A DNA stretch of 64,000 nucleotides from Hydrurus foetidus. Its lineage: Eukaryota. Where the stretch lies: the NCBI GenBank assembly GCA_900617105.1, contig UYFQ01000756.1:1-64000 (forward strand), in the 5' to 3' direction. Below, in pieces: positions 10,354 to 23,600 of this stretch. The stretch's first letter is position 1, and every line of letters starts with the position of its first letter. The position numbers and the translations under genes were made by a program. The notes under the pieces were generated by a model. The model saw only the letters and a list, made by a program, of their open reading frames with translations. It was not told the DNA's origin and did not search any database.

Positions 10354-11301
10354 ATGGTAAGTCTCCGAGAGCTCTTGCCAATTTCAGTGCACACCCGCGA
10401 TCAATTAAGCTGCTTTACTTCTTTAATTCATTTCTCTCAACTATCTAGCCCGCTTATCATAGTAAGCAGACGACAGAAGATGTACTGGAATCGTGCTCTT
10501 GTTCACTGTGTCCTTTCCGTACTAATTTGAAGGGGCCTGCGTCAAACTTTCCAATAGGTAGTTAGGATTCTTCCACAGATATCGAAAGCATCTCGATGCC
10601 AAACTCCCTCTGAAATTTTCCACAACAAATTCTTGCAGGAGTTGAAGACATCATCGATGAAACCCTCATTTATTTTCGAGCGAATGTGCTGTTTCGCAAC
10701 TTCGATATCAAAGGAGGGGCAGATAGAACTATGATCTACCTAACACTACATGCTGTTCAGTGCTTGGTGAAGTGCGAGAGGATAGATGACAAATTTTCAG
10801 CTTTACGTGAAATGAATATCTTGGCAACTAAGCAATTCGTGTGTCCAGGAGATGCTGGCTGGCCGCTAGGAGGCTTATTTCCGGCACCAAAAACAAAAGC
10901 CGAGGGTGGTAAGTTGTATCTCGGAGATTTGATGTATTGCGAGGAGCTTACTAAGTATCAGCTGTCTGAAATATCTTATGTTGAAACCTCGCTCCAAAAT
11001 TATATGCAGACAACTTTAGGTCATACTTCAGGCAGGCTCGAGGAGAGTTAGCAATACGCCTGATGAATCTCCTGTTCGATGCCGATGGAACCAAAAATAA
11101 ATGGTGGCAGGTAAACGGCTGTACCCAGTATTCTGTACTGTAGATCGCGGAAGACTGCCATGCAGCATGGACATGATATCGCTCGAATTGTAGTAAATGT
11201 CATAACTTCTAACCTTTTTCTTATTATACCTTCAATATTCATCGTCCATTTCGCAGGCTTTTTCGAAGAGGAAGTTCATGGGGAAGGAGCTGAAAGATTG
11301 A
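10354..11301 (+). CDS. ARPC3: Actin-related protein 2/3 complex subunit 3 (p21-Arc), multi-exon
   Basis: ATG-only first exon (10354-10356, then GTAAGT), followed by PAYHS...KGPA, EDIIDETLIYFRANVLFRNFDIKGGADRTMIYLTL, FVCPGDAGWPLGGLF, YFRQAREELAIRL, KNKWWQ|AFSKRKFMGKEL. Stop at 11299-11301. Confidence 0.95.
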
Positions 11302-12167
11302 GCTGAATCCCAATCAAACCTCAGAGTTGTCCGACATTGCCGCTAAAAGCTAGGCTGGCTCTGCACATGAGCCATGCTATGTAAAGGACTTGAGACTTGA
11401 GGGGATTACCAATATCCACTGGTTAGCCCACACGGTCACATCATAGCTGAAAAAGTTCTAAGACGAGAGCTAGTTCATTTTACTTGCTAAGTGTGCAACG
11501 CGACCACTAAATAATAATTTTAAGGTTACGAATACTGCGACGGCACCACCGTTTTATCTCGTTCAATTGTATCATATAATGTCCGCCGATTTTTTCTATC
11601 AGAAGTCTTACTCATTTTACTGTTTAGTACAGTTTTTCGCTCATATGGCTATTCGTTGCCAGTAAAAGCTTCAACACCTTTTCATTTATCTTCTGCATAC
11701 CCTGTTAAACGAATCGAATTGTTTGACAAAAGAAACAATCTTCTAGTGCTTGATGTGAAAAATCTTTTTGCGAATAGCTATCGGAGGATAAACCGCTGCT
11801 GAAACCTTTTTGCAGCTATTCGCAGGCATCTGCAAAATGCGCATCTGTGACTGACTTAGCCCGCATCTATAAATTAGCCCTCTCAAGTTGGAGCACCTTG
11901 CCCAAATACATCAGTCCAACCACAAGAACTGCGTAACCAAAATTCCACGGAAATTTTGAAAACTCTCGATCGGATCCCAGATCTGGGATCCTTCCTTCCT
12001 TTGGGCATCTGGCATCTTCCATCTCACAAAGCCTCAAGAAAGAAAGATGCTCACTCGTAATGATCATAAAAATGATGCAGTTCTGTTCAACGGCGGAGTT
12101 GAATGGGTTGTGAGCTGTTGCCATCTTTAATGTCAGATGGCATAGTAAGGCACCACGGAAAGCAGCT

Positions 12168-13617
12168 ATGTTCGCATCTTCGAAGCCTAGTGACAACGTG
12201 ATAATAAAGATAGATCCCATCTCGGGATATGCTGAATTCCCACAACCTGGAGACGCCAGAAAACATCTACTTTCAATATTGATCGATCTTGAGGAAGATT
12301 GTGTTGCTCCAGAGAGAGTAGATGACCTCAATGGTAGGGATTACAACAGCCAAGCAAAAGACTTCTGGATGCCAGATAGGCTCTGCAAACTCTGTTACGG
12401 TTGTGAGGACGCATTCACGATGTACAGGAGGAAGCATCACTGTGAGTTGACTTAATTATTGGACCCTTTAACCTTTCGATTCGATTCCATAAATGTGGTG
12501 ACTCTCTCTATTCTCTAGGTCGAATGTGTGGCCAGATATTCTGCAATCAATGTTCATCTCATTACATCGATGGAGTTCGAGCATGCCGTCTTTGCTTCGA
12601 GCAGCTTTCAGAGCAAAACGACAGGGACAGCAAACCCTCTCGTAGGAGATCTGCAGGAGCAGCTCTAAGTGATGTTATACCTGATTCTGTGCGTTCGAGT
12701 CTGAGCGGCCTAAACACGAGGGCTCCCGCTAATGATCAACAAATCAGCAAGGCCGAAGCTGACAAGCAACTTCATACAACAAATTTGCAAAATAGGTAAC
12801 AAATGAGTAGCGCCTTTCATAGGTCTCTATCTGATGGGAGTCTTGTTGATATCGTCTACCCGCATCGGCTGCTGACGAGAGTGAATGAAAGCTGACAATG
12901 CCTTCCTTTATTTACAGAGCTTCAGCGCACTTTGAGGCGATAGTGGAACAGCTGGTTCAGAACACAGCGTGCATTCGCAAATTACGGTGACTACAAAGAC
13001 AGATTATACAGATTATACCAACATGCATTGAACAAAGGGATGCAGTGCAGTTCTCATATTTAACTACTTCGTATTTTGTTTATTCAAAGAGATGGCACTG
13101 GTAATGAGAGCCAAGCAATGAAGTGGAAAAACACTATTGTTACTCTAGTCAGGGAAGTGGTTTCATCTGTCGATCCGAACGTACGTAAAGGAGATTCGTT
13201 GGACATAAAACCGTACGTGAAGTTAAAGATTATTCCAGGTTAATCGCTGCATGACGTGCTCAATGAGTTGTCATCGAGATTGATTTATGGATTGATGTGC
13301 TAGCTAAAATACTGACTGGACTGCACCACTTGACATCACATCTATGCTAATTGTTAAGGGGGTTCAATGAGTGAATGTACATACGTGGACGGTGTGGTTT
13401 TTCGAAAAACTGTTTCGCACAAGAAGATGATGGTCGTGAAAGATTCCAAGCAAGAGTCAGAAGTTGCTGTCAACAATAAGGTGCATACGCACAGTTGCGA
13501 AGATTCATAACAAATTTCTTGATTTATTCTGTCGTTTGATACATTATACTCACGTTGTCGCTTCTGTTCTTTTCTGCTCTGTGCTATTTTTTTCATGTAC
13601 GTTTTTTTTTCTTTCTT

Positions 13618-13648
<31 letters not shown>

Positions 13649-16600
13649 ACCTTCGCATGTACATCATTTCTTACATTCTCATTTTATGCGTATTGCGTTT
13701 CTCAAATTAGAATCCGAGAATATTATTATTAGCTGGTGGAATAGATTTTCAACGTTCTGACGCACGGATGACGTCATTCGATACGTTGATAGAACAGGAA
13801 GACAGATACCTCACTATCCTAGTGGAGAAGATAATGTCCCTCTCTCCTACCATTATTCTTGTGGGTAAAGCTGTGGCAAGGAGAGCTCAGGAGTTGCTTT
13901 GCGAACATTCTGTAGCAGTCATGCAAAACATTAAACCGCATCTACTGGAACGTATTAGCCGTATGACGGGTGCCACTACACTGCCATCAACTGACCACAT
14001 GATACAGCAATACGGTGAAGGGTGTCTAGGCAGCTGTGCGCTGTTTTGGCTCCGTTCTGTTCTAGATGACCCAGAGAAAATTGACGTAAATCGAGCCCAA
14101 AGGGTTTTAAAAAGTCCGATATCGAGAGGCAGCACATACGCGTACATACAGGGCTGTCCTCCTGAATTGGGATGCACCTTGGTTCTGAGGTGATAAGAGG
14201 AATGTCGTACTATTTCATGATGTATCATTGATGGTGATGTATGTCTACATCAATGCGATATGATTTAGTATAATGCGTTGACAAATATCTCCCGTCTCTC
14301 TGGAGTTATCATCACCATATCTCTCCTCCTCTTGCAGTGTTATTACCATCATAACTGACTGTGACCACTATCATCATCACCCCCACTGACAGAGGAGCCA
14401 ATCGAGAGATACTGACCGCAGTGAAGAAAACTATTTCCTTCTGTCTCGTCCTAGCGTACCACTTACGGCTGGAAGTGGCGTACTATAACGACAGATGCGC
14501 CCAGCTGCCTCCTTGCAGCGATGCGGACTGGTTAGTGCCACTAAGTGTGTGTGTGTGTATGTGTCTATCTGTCTGTCTGTCTGTCTGTCTGCCTATCTGA
14601 GTATGTCTTCGCGTAAGAGCGAGTGTGAATGAGTGAGTGTGTTGTGGTATGATGGGTTGTGACGAGACGAGATGGGTTGTTTTGTGCAGTGTTGCGCCAT
14701 GATATTTTGTGTTGTCTTAGCGTGTTATAGTGGACGTAACTATACTTGTCCCCATGATGTGATCTATCCCGTCATCTTCACGACATACGGTCCACGAAGA
14801 CTAAGTCAAGTGACAGTCCCTACTCCCTTCACACAACAATGTCTTTCCCGCCTCTGACTGTCAGGTATAGCGAAGACAGCGATGATGACGACTACACAGA
14901 ATCAGGAGACACAGACAGTACACAAGTCAGGCGACACAAAAGATGTCTGCTCTCCACCTCTCTGGATGTCGACCCCAGACTTCCCTATAGGTCTGAATTG
15001 AAGGGCTTCCCTCCAGGGCTGGATTCTCATCGTATCGGAATTCCGAAGAACACTACAGCGGAGGATCATCAGACAATTTTATTGACAAGTATGGTGATGG
15101 GCATGGGGGAGGGGCGAGAAGGAAAGGTGCGCTATGAGATATTACGGTGTAGAAGATACGCTCCGTTAAAAGCCCTTCACAATTTGAAGCATATTTCTCA
15201 TTTAGTTTTCTCTTCTGGCCCCGGAACTCCTTCCCCCATTCCACATCAATTGTACTAACCTTCGTACCAACAACACCATCGACTCTTACATTCACTTCTC
15301 ATCACACCTATTCTTCTTCTTTCTCATGCCTTTTCTTCTTCTTTCTCACACCGATTTTCTATTTCTCGCCTGTTCTTCTCCAATACTATCCTAGGCTCAG
15401 AAGAGCAAAGCAGAGATCATGGGTATAAGATTCTACAGCAAGAGAGACATGGCTCTCGGTCAGTTCCTAGTCGAGAATTGTTTCCAACTACATCCAGGAG
15501 GGACAAACATCTTTTCAGGTGGAATGATGTCATATGTAGTATGATTGCATTTTATTTTTGTACATGTGGATTTGGTTTATTTTATTTGTATTCTATCAAC
15601 GATTTATTGATGCGGCTAACATCTTATTATGTTATCTTGTTTGAAGCCCTCTGACCACACCGCACCTCACCTCACCTCTAATACGCTACACTGCACTATG
15701 GCATACACTACAATACATCGCATACAATACACCACACTACAATACACCGCATTATATAACACTACATCAAATCACACCACGTCACACCACACCACACTAT
15801 GCCCCGTTACACTGCAGGCAGTGAGAAGAAAGACTCGAAAGACAGAGACGTGAGCATGCTGGACCAGACACTCAGCTACGCACACAGACCGGGCAGAATA
15901 GACATCACTGTGCATCGCCACGGAGACGGCTCCGCTATATCCAACAGTGACGCTCTATCCGGTCAGAATGGGGGGGCAGGGTCGGGCCCTTTATATACCC
16001 CCATATACATGCATTCTTACTGCAAGGTGATGACGACGTACTCTATTCTTTGATGCATGAGTGGCGTACTATTTTATTCTATTGTGTTTGTGATGCATGT
16101 GGTGCTATTTGTATCCTTTCTCGAGACCTACGCGTGAACGTGATGACAATCTTTGCAGAAATATCAAAAATTGTATCGAGAATTAAATGTGACTGTCAAT
16201 CGCCTACCTCATGGAGTGACTACAGCCGGCAAATGTTTGTTGACTTACACCGTTAAATCGGCTCACTAATCACAAAAACAACGGTTAAAATTGTCCTTTT
16301 TCATCTCATCTTCACCCTCATTTTCGTTGTCACTTCTATTACTGCTATTAGGAGTGTGATAAAATAGCCACACCCGAAGTTCCCATGAGTGAAGAAACTT
16401 GGAAAATGAGCTTTGGAAAGTTCTTAGAAATCTGTTTTTACAACAAGACTGCTAGAGGGAGAAGTAACGGCTGCAACCACTGCATCAGGTGACACTATAA
16501 AGTGTTTCATATCATATCATTTATGTTGTGATTTTCTTTTTTGATTTATCATGTTACTATAATCTATCTCATCACATGTATTTTTTTTCAACTTATTTTG

Positions 16601-17588
16601 ATAAGTTTCTTCTAGTATTAATGTTTGTATTAATGTTTGTATTAGTATTAGTATTGTCACTCCTCGACCATAATCAATGCGGCGTACTTGTCGACCCCTT
16701 CAACAGCTCGTCAATATCTCCACTCGTATCTCATTAAGCCTTTCTAGTCCCCCAAACTTTCACTTATTCAATATTCCTTGAAGTCCCTTTCAGCAGCCCA
16801 CTGATCGCTTTACTTGATCAGAACCCACACTAATTTCCTTTTCCTCACGCTGACTCTCTTCCTTTGTCTCGCACTACTTCCCTCCTTTACACTCTCACTC
16901 CCTTTCCCTCCTCCCCTCACCTCTTTTAACCCAAAGGGACTGCCACGTGCTGCACTTCTCCTGTGACGGTCTAACGGCTAGATTCGACTTCACCCCCATC
17001 CACCCCTACACCCTTCACATCCGATCCGGCATGACATTCCCTACTTCTTTTCACAATAAACACACCTCTAAAGTGCTCAGTGATCTTCCCGAGCAATTTC
17101 ACATGTTGTTTGAACAGTTTCGAAAGAGTATTGCTTTGGTTCAACTTACAGCTGAAGAGGTGAGTGGACCTCGAATCAGATTCCATCCTATTCTCTATGT
17201 CAATTGATGATTAGTGAGTGGATACTTGGCTGTGATTACTGTGTGTATGCATTACGATTGTGAAGGTGTACATCTTGGTGTGTGTCAATGTAGGTGTCTG
17301 TCTGTCTGTCTGTCTGTCTGTCTGCACTTTAAATCTCTGTGTGTGTGTGTCTGTCTGTCTGTTTGTCTGTCTGCCTGTCTGCACTTTGAATCTCTGTGTG
17401 TGTCTGTCTGTCTGTCTGTCTGCCTGTCTGTCTGTCTGTCTGCACTTTAAATCTCTGTGTGTGTGTGTGTCTGTCTGTCTGCATGTCTATCTGTCTGTCT
17501 GCATATCCATCTGCCTGCCTGTCTGTCTGTCTGTCTGCCTGCCTGTCTGCACTTTAAATCTCTGTGTGTGTCTGCCTGCCTGCCTGCC

Positions 17589-17649
<61 letters not shown>

Positions 17650-20600
17650 GCACTTTAAATCTCTGTGTGTGTCTGTCTGTCTGTGTGTCTGCCTGCCTGT
17701 CTATCTGTCTGTCTGTGTGTCTGTCTGCATGTCTGTCTGCCTGTCTATCTGTCTGTCTGTCTGTCTGCACTTTAAATCTCTGTGTGTGTGTGTCTGTCTG
17801 TCTGCCTGTTTGTCTGTCTGTCTGTCTGTCTATCTGTCTGTGTGTTTGTCTGCATGTCTGTCTATCTGTCTGTCTGTCTGTCTGTCTGTCTGTTCTGAAG
17901 CATGTTCAGATGCGTATAGTGACGTTAGTGCCGACATGTTCCCAGTATCAGAACTCACGCCTCTATCAAAGCCACTTAGACTGTAATGACGACTGAGTGT
18001 GAATTGAAGTATAGAACAATCCAACACACGCACTGATGTCCTCTGTCCACCCCCTTTAGGTTTTATCGGAAGCCCTTACGGCCACAGGTGAAGACCTCGC
18101 TATGGTGTTGGCCGATTTGGCCGAAATAGACGGGGAGATGTTAACCGCACAGTATAGCCTGCAAGAGGACGTGAGGAGAGGGTTGCATTTTATCCTAACA
18201 GAACACATGGCAGAACAGAAGCAAGAAAGGGAAAGTTCCCAGGAATTAGGAAGGTACTCCCGATCGGTGTGTGCACAATTAGGTACGGAAGTCGGACTGG
18301 GGGCAGAGGAGAAGAGTAATGCTGATGATGGAAGTGTGAAGAAAAATCAAGGCAGAAACCAGTACCAAAATCCGAATCAAGATCCAATTGTTTCTCTTTC
18401 ACGTGGATCTGGTATAGGTCAGAATCAAGAGAGATCTAACGAGCATAACAGTGACAAAGAAAAGGACAGAGACAGAGACAGAGAAATAGTGGACTTACTA
18501 AAGCTGCTAGGCGTATCCACCGACAACACCCAGCCTCATTTCCGACCTACACAGACCCCCCGCTATGATACCGATGGAGAAGGAAGGGGCCAAGAGGAGA
18601 GACCTGCTGAGTTGTTGGCGAGATATCCGATGTTGTGAGTACTTTGTGGTGTGGTGTGGTGTAGTGTGGTGTTTTATTATATTATATTGTGTGGTGTGGT
18701 GTGGTGTGGTAAGGTGTGGTGTAGTGTTGCTTTGTGGCTGTGCTTCGTGTTGTCGTCGTCAAGTACGTGTTGCTACAGCTATTGCTGCTGTGTCATGTGC
18801 TGTACAGAGAGAGACAGATTTGTAGGGACACACGCACATTGTATTATTTGCGAATTGACTCGGAGAGGAATTGACTGAGTGACCGACTGAGTGACTGACT
18901 GAGTGACCGACTGAGTAACTGATAGACGAATGGGAATACGCACCCTTTCAGCCGTGCAGAGTTCCACGTTTGTCAGTAACCAACAGTATATCGTCTGTTA
19001 CTCTTGAACAGATCTAACCTGATAGGCACGCACACGCCAGTGGCCATTCTTTTCTTCGCCTGTCTTCTCTTTTTTTCCTAAGACTCTTCTTTTTCTGGTC
19101 CCACCTCTTACCTCTACTACTCTCATTTGCTCTCTGTGTGGTGTAGTCACAGGCGGCACATATTTTTGAAAGCACAAGCATGGAACATGCGTATTGACAC
19201 GATTCAAAGATTTCTAGAAGTGAGTACGTACGCACGTACTCCCTGAAGCATAGCAACACATTTTGATTGCATGGAATCCATACAGTGCTGTCTCATGAAT
19301 CTGCTCCCTTTGATACCCCGTCAGAATGAAATACACTCAACAACTAAATTGATCAACTGCCTATTTGCACTTTACATTATTCGCATCACATCACATTACA
19401 TCACAAACTTCTCAACTTCACATTTTTCACACTTATTCCACCTAAATCTTACCTGCCCCATAAAGGGCTACAGAGCAGCGGCCATGCAGCACACACAGAG
19501 CATGAGCGCCATAGGGGCAGTGATGCTGCCTAACTTTTCCTTTCAGTCCGCGCTCTTCTCCGTCCCTGAGGTAGTACCCTTTTATTGTGTGTGTTGCGTT
19601 GTAATGTGCCATGGTGTGCTGTGCTGTGTAGTGTAGTGTAGTGTAGTGTAGTGTAGTGTAGTGTAGTGTAGTGTAGTGTAGTGTAGTGTGGTGAATGCAA
19701 TGTGCTCAGCGTCATCAGCACGGCCCCATATCTTCTCCATCTCACCTCACCTCACCTCACATGACAATAAGTTTGTGTGCTGTCGTCAACTGTACTTCGA
19801 CTCTGACTTGCACTCCAACTCTCAATTCCCTCCCTCAATCCGTACAGGAGAAGGAAGAAAGAGAGAGAGACAATATGAACATCAGCAAAATGACATCTCC
19901 CATCCCAGGGCTGTTCGGGTCCTCTACTGTCCTCGCAGTAACACCGAGGAGCAACGAGACAAACACACAGAGCTACTCGCACACCACTACACGAGTGGTA
20001 GATCATAATGCAATTGGGGAGAAAAATTCGGAGACTTGGAAGAATGAGGTGCAGTAAAATTATGCTGAAGTCTTCACATCGTAACTGCAACACTTCAATT
20101 TCTAAGTCTCCATGTTGGCGCACATTTCATATTTATGTTGTCCTAGCATTCAATCTCTCTCTCTCTCTCTCCTCTCTTGCCTTTGCTGCTGCTGCAGACT
20201 CCACTGAAGATCAGTGACGTCAGACGATCAGCAGCAGCAACAACGGTAGTAGAGAAACTAGAAATGAGTCTCGACACACCGGGTAATTCCAGCGACTACG
20301 ATCCCTCCTTCCTCTCTGACAGCTTTGTGGAAGGGGATGATGCGCTGCACGGTGAACTACTTGACAGGATGAGAATGGAGATGGGGATGGGGATGGGGAT
20401 GAATGAGAGCACATCAGATAGAGGGGGAGGGGGAGAAAGACAGCAGTCTGGAGGGAGAAATAGAGGAGATACAGATGTCTTGACCAGTACAGATGCTTTC
20501 TCTGAAGACGGTATGACACGAAAATGAAAGCTCTTACACATTACACTATATATCCAGTCCCTCTATATCCTTCTGACTTCTCTCTTAATCTTCTCTTATC

Positions 20601-23600
20601 ACCGTCTGTCTTTCCTTTTTCTTCTCTCCCTTTTCTCTGCTTTTCTCTTACTCCTCTGTGCCTCCAGATTTCGAAGAGGGAGAGAAGAACTGGGTAGTGG
20701 CTGCATCCCAAAAGGAAAAACATATTAATGAACTCAAAGATACGCAAAATACAGTATTTCAACAACATCAGGAGCTGTACGCATCATTTACTGACGAGGG
20801 AGCGGGTGGTAAAGATAGCTCCAACAGAGAAACCAGTAGTGCGGCTGACAACACACACATCACTACATCTACTCAGCAGTCTAACACACACTACAACACC
20901 ACTTTCCTTCCTAACACATTCACGGAATCTGACGGATCCAAAGTCCCAAAAGCAGATACGAGCAGGGAAGAGGTATCGAACGTTCATACAAGTATTGTCG
21001 GATTAAGCAGTGTTAAAATTGATGCGGCATGTAGTACGCCTTTCACACCTCCCCATCAACCGGTTGGTATTGCAAGTGTAAGCACTAAAGGTCCTAGTTC
21101 TGGTTCTGGTTCTGGTGAAGTCGCGTACTTCTCTGTTGGCCGTATGGTCGGAGGGAATGCGGCCGGGGAAGCTGTGTGGCAGCCCGTTATACCGGTAGCT
21201 GGTGGCTTCCCCTTTGATTCGAGAAATCCGTACGACGCTGAAGAGAGAAATGCACACACTGAAACAAGCAATACAGGGATGTCCACGTCAGCATCTGCAC
21301 CATCTTTAACTTCGACTTCAACTTCTTTCTTCACGTCTCTTCAAAGTGGGTTAGTCGTGGCCGGGGCCGGGTCTACCGGATCCCAGTCAAGTTCAGCCAC
21401 TTGTTCCCTTTCAAAGGCGCTCATAGAGAACGAGAGAAAGAGAGAGAAGGAGAGGCTGACGAAGCAGAACAGATTATCCAAGGTGAGTTCATTATCAGTT
21501 ACTGACTGACGTCTAACTTTCATCAACGTTAAGCCAAATTTGACATCTGTTTAAGTCTAGTTCAGCATCTATTTCGAATCAAATCAATCGTACCGCATCA
21601 ACTTCGATTACATTTAATCACATTTTATCGACTTGAAGGCATTTGCGCGTCTGGTTCTTGGAGGGGGAGGACACCCCGGGGGTACGGGAGAATCCAAGGT
21701 ACGTGCTGCACCGTATCGTACTGTGCTATGTGTATGTATGCAGCGTGCCAGCGGACTGTGACTGATGAATTGATGATTTGACTGTAACTCCTTCAGGAGA
21801 GAGAGAGAGAAAGAGAGTGAGAGTGAGAGTGAGAGTGAGGGACAGAAAGAGAGAGAGACGGGCAAATCAGTTGTCGTATAAGAAATCTATCATGGTGTCT
21901 TCCGCAACCAAACTCAACTCATCTTATCTCATCTCATCTCAATTCATTCCATCTCATCCTAACTCCACACGGTAGGTCCGCGTCCCTTTGGGGGTGTTTG
22001 GAGAGGGCCGACTCGCTCTACAGCCAGGGAGGAAGGGAGAAGTCATATCAGTGTGAGTCACATCACTTCACAACACATCACTTCACAAAATGTTGTACCA
22101 CATAAAGGGATTATTTCGGAGTGAGCCACATCACATTACGTCATACCACATCATGTTGCTTAGACATGCTTGCCACTGCTCAGCAGCCTTCTCATTATCT
22201 CGTAACCATCGTACTTCTGACGTCTCGATACTTCTCTTTTCTACTCAGACACGAGGAGGAGTTGTCTACGATCATCGCATACTCTCTCGCCTCCCAAGAA
22301 TACGATGACAAACTACAGGTAAGAAACAGGCTGTGTAGAATATGCTTACATTGTCGTTTGTGTTGAGTGCGTTGCGTAGAACCATGGACTTCATATAGCA
22401 GTTAAGAGAAGATTGATGTTGTTCGACAGTTGAAATTATTTGCTAGACAGTCATTGCAGAGACTTTTGTTGGATTCTGAAGTGTTCGCTATGTTGTAATT
22501 AGCATGGATGCATATTTGTTTCATGGTCAAAGGCCACTGCAATCAGAGACATGAGTTAGAATTGCTAGGAGTGTCCGATGTAATGTTAGGCAGGATAATG
22601 TATAAAGTAAAGAATTAAGTCACCAGATGTAAGAGAAGAAAAGTGCAACATTTCAATGCAGAGGTAACGGCTGTATGGCATTCCATTCAATCGTGATCTC
22701 GCATGTGACATTTGTTGAAATTTGAAGATAAGTAGATTACATGAATCTGGAGGTTGGGTTGGGTCAGAGATGAGATGAGAGATGAGAACAGAACAGCAGG
22801 GAAAGGATGAGATTGGATGCAGTGTGGTACTATTTATACACATATTTCAGCCTCGTTGTCGTCACCAGCTCTTGTGGCGCAATGGATAGCGCGTCAGACT
22901 TCTAATCTGAAGGTTTTGGGTTCGAGTCCCAACTAGAGTGACGCCAACCTTTTGTTTTCGTCCCATTACTTATTCATTTTTTCAAACGACATCATTTTGC
23001 TTTCGCAGGAATTCCTTCGCGGCGAGCATGATTCCGGTGACTTCGAGTACAGTCCCACGCATGACGGAAGTTGGGGAGCACCTTACGGCAGTTCAAGTGC
23101 TAGCCAGGCAGGACAAACACCAGCATCGCGCAGCAATCTAGAGGAGTCAGCTGATCATCATAGGCAAACAACAGACGTGAATTCAAATCCGGAAACTAAC
23201 AGTAACGTTTTTGACGAGCCTCGACTCCCTGGAAAAGAACGAGAACCATTAGTCACATCTCGATCTCATCATATGAGAAGCGATAGCATGGATTTAGATT
23301 TCGAGGATTACGCAGAGGGCGAGGTTCCGGTCACTGCTGCCGCAAAAATTTGCCCAGAAGATAACGGAAGCAACCGTACCCCTTCTCCTCACCAACCGAA
23401 TCAAAGTAACATCGACACCGCATCTGCAATTCTTCTACCTACCAGTGTCCTTCCATCTTCGATGCAGTTCGCGACTCCTAGTGAAGACTCTCTCACGCTG
23501 CAACCTCCGTTATCCTTGGCCGTACCCACTGCACCCGGACCCCTCCGATATCCCGGTGCTCAGAATACCCCAGAGCTGGATGCCCAGTCCATGATAATGT

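Noticed and set aside
17324..17785. Repeat-spacer appearance resembling a CRISPR array
   Set aside because: The 'spacers' are simple TCTG/TG runs of variable length, the context is a eukaryotic intron, and no cas genes are present.
17214..17996. Overlapping ORFs of CLSV/TDRQ repeats (also 59966-61477 and 51316-51726)
   Set aside because: They are translations of stop-free intronic microsatellites, not proteins.
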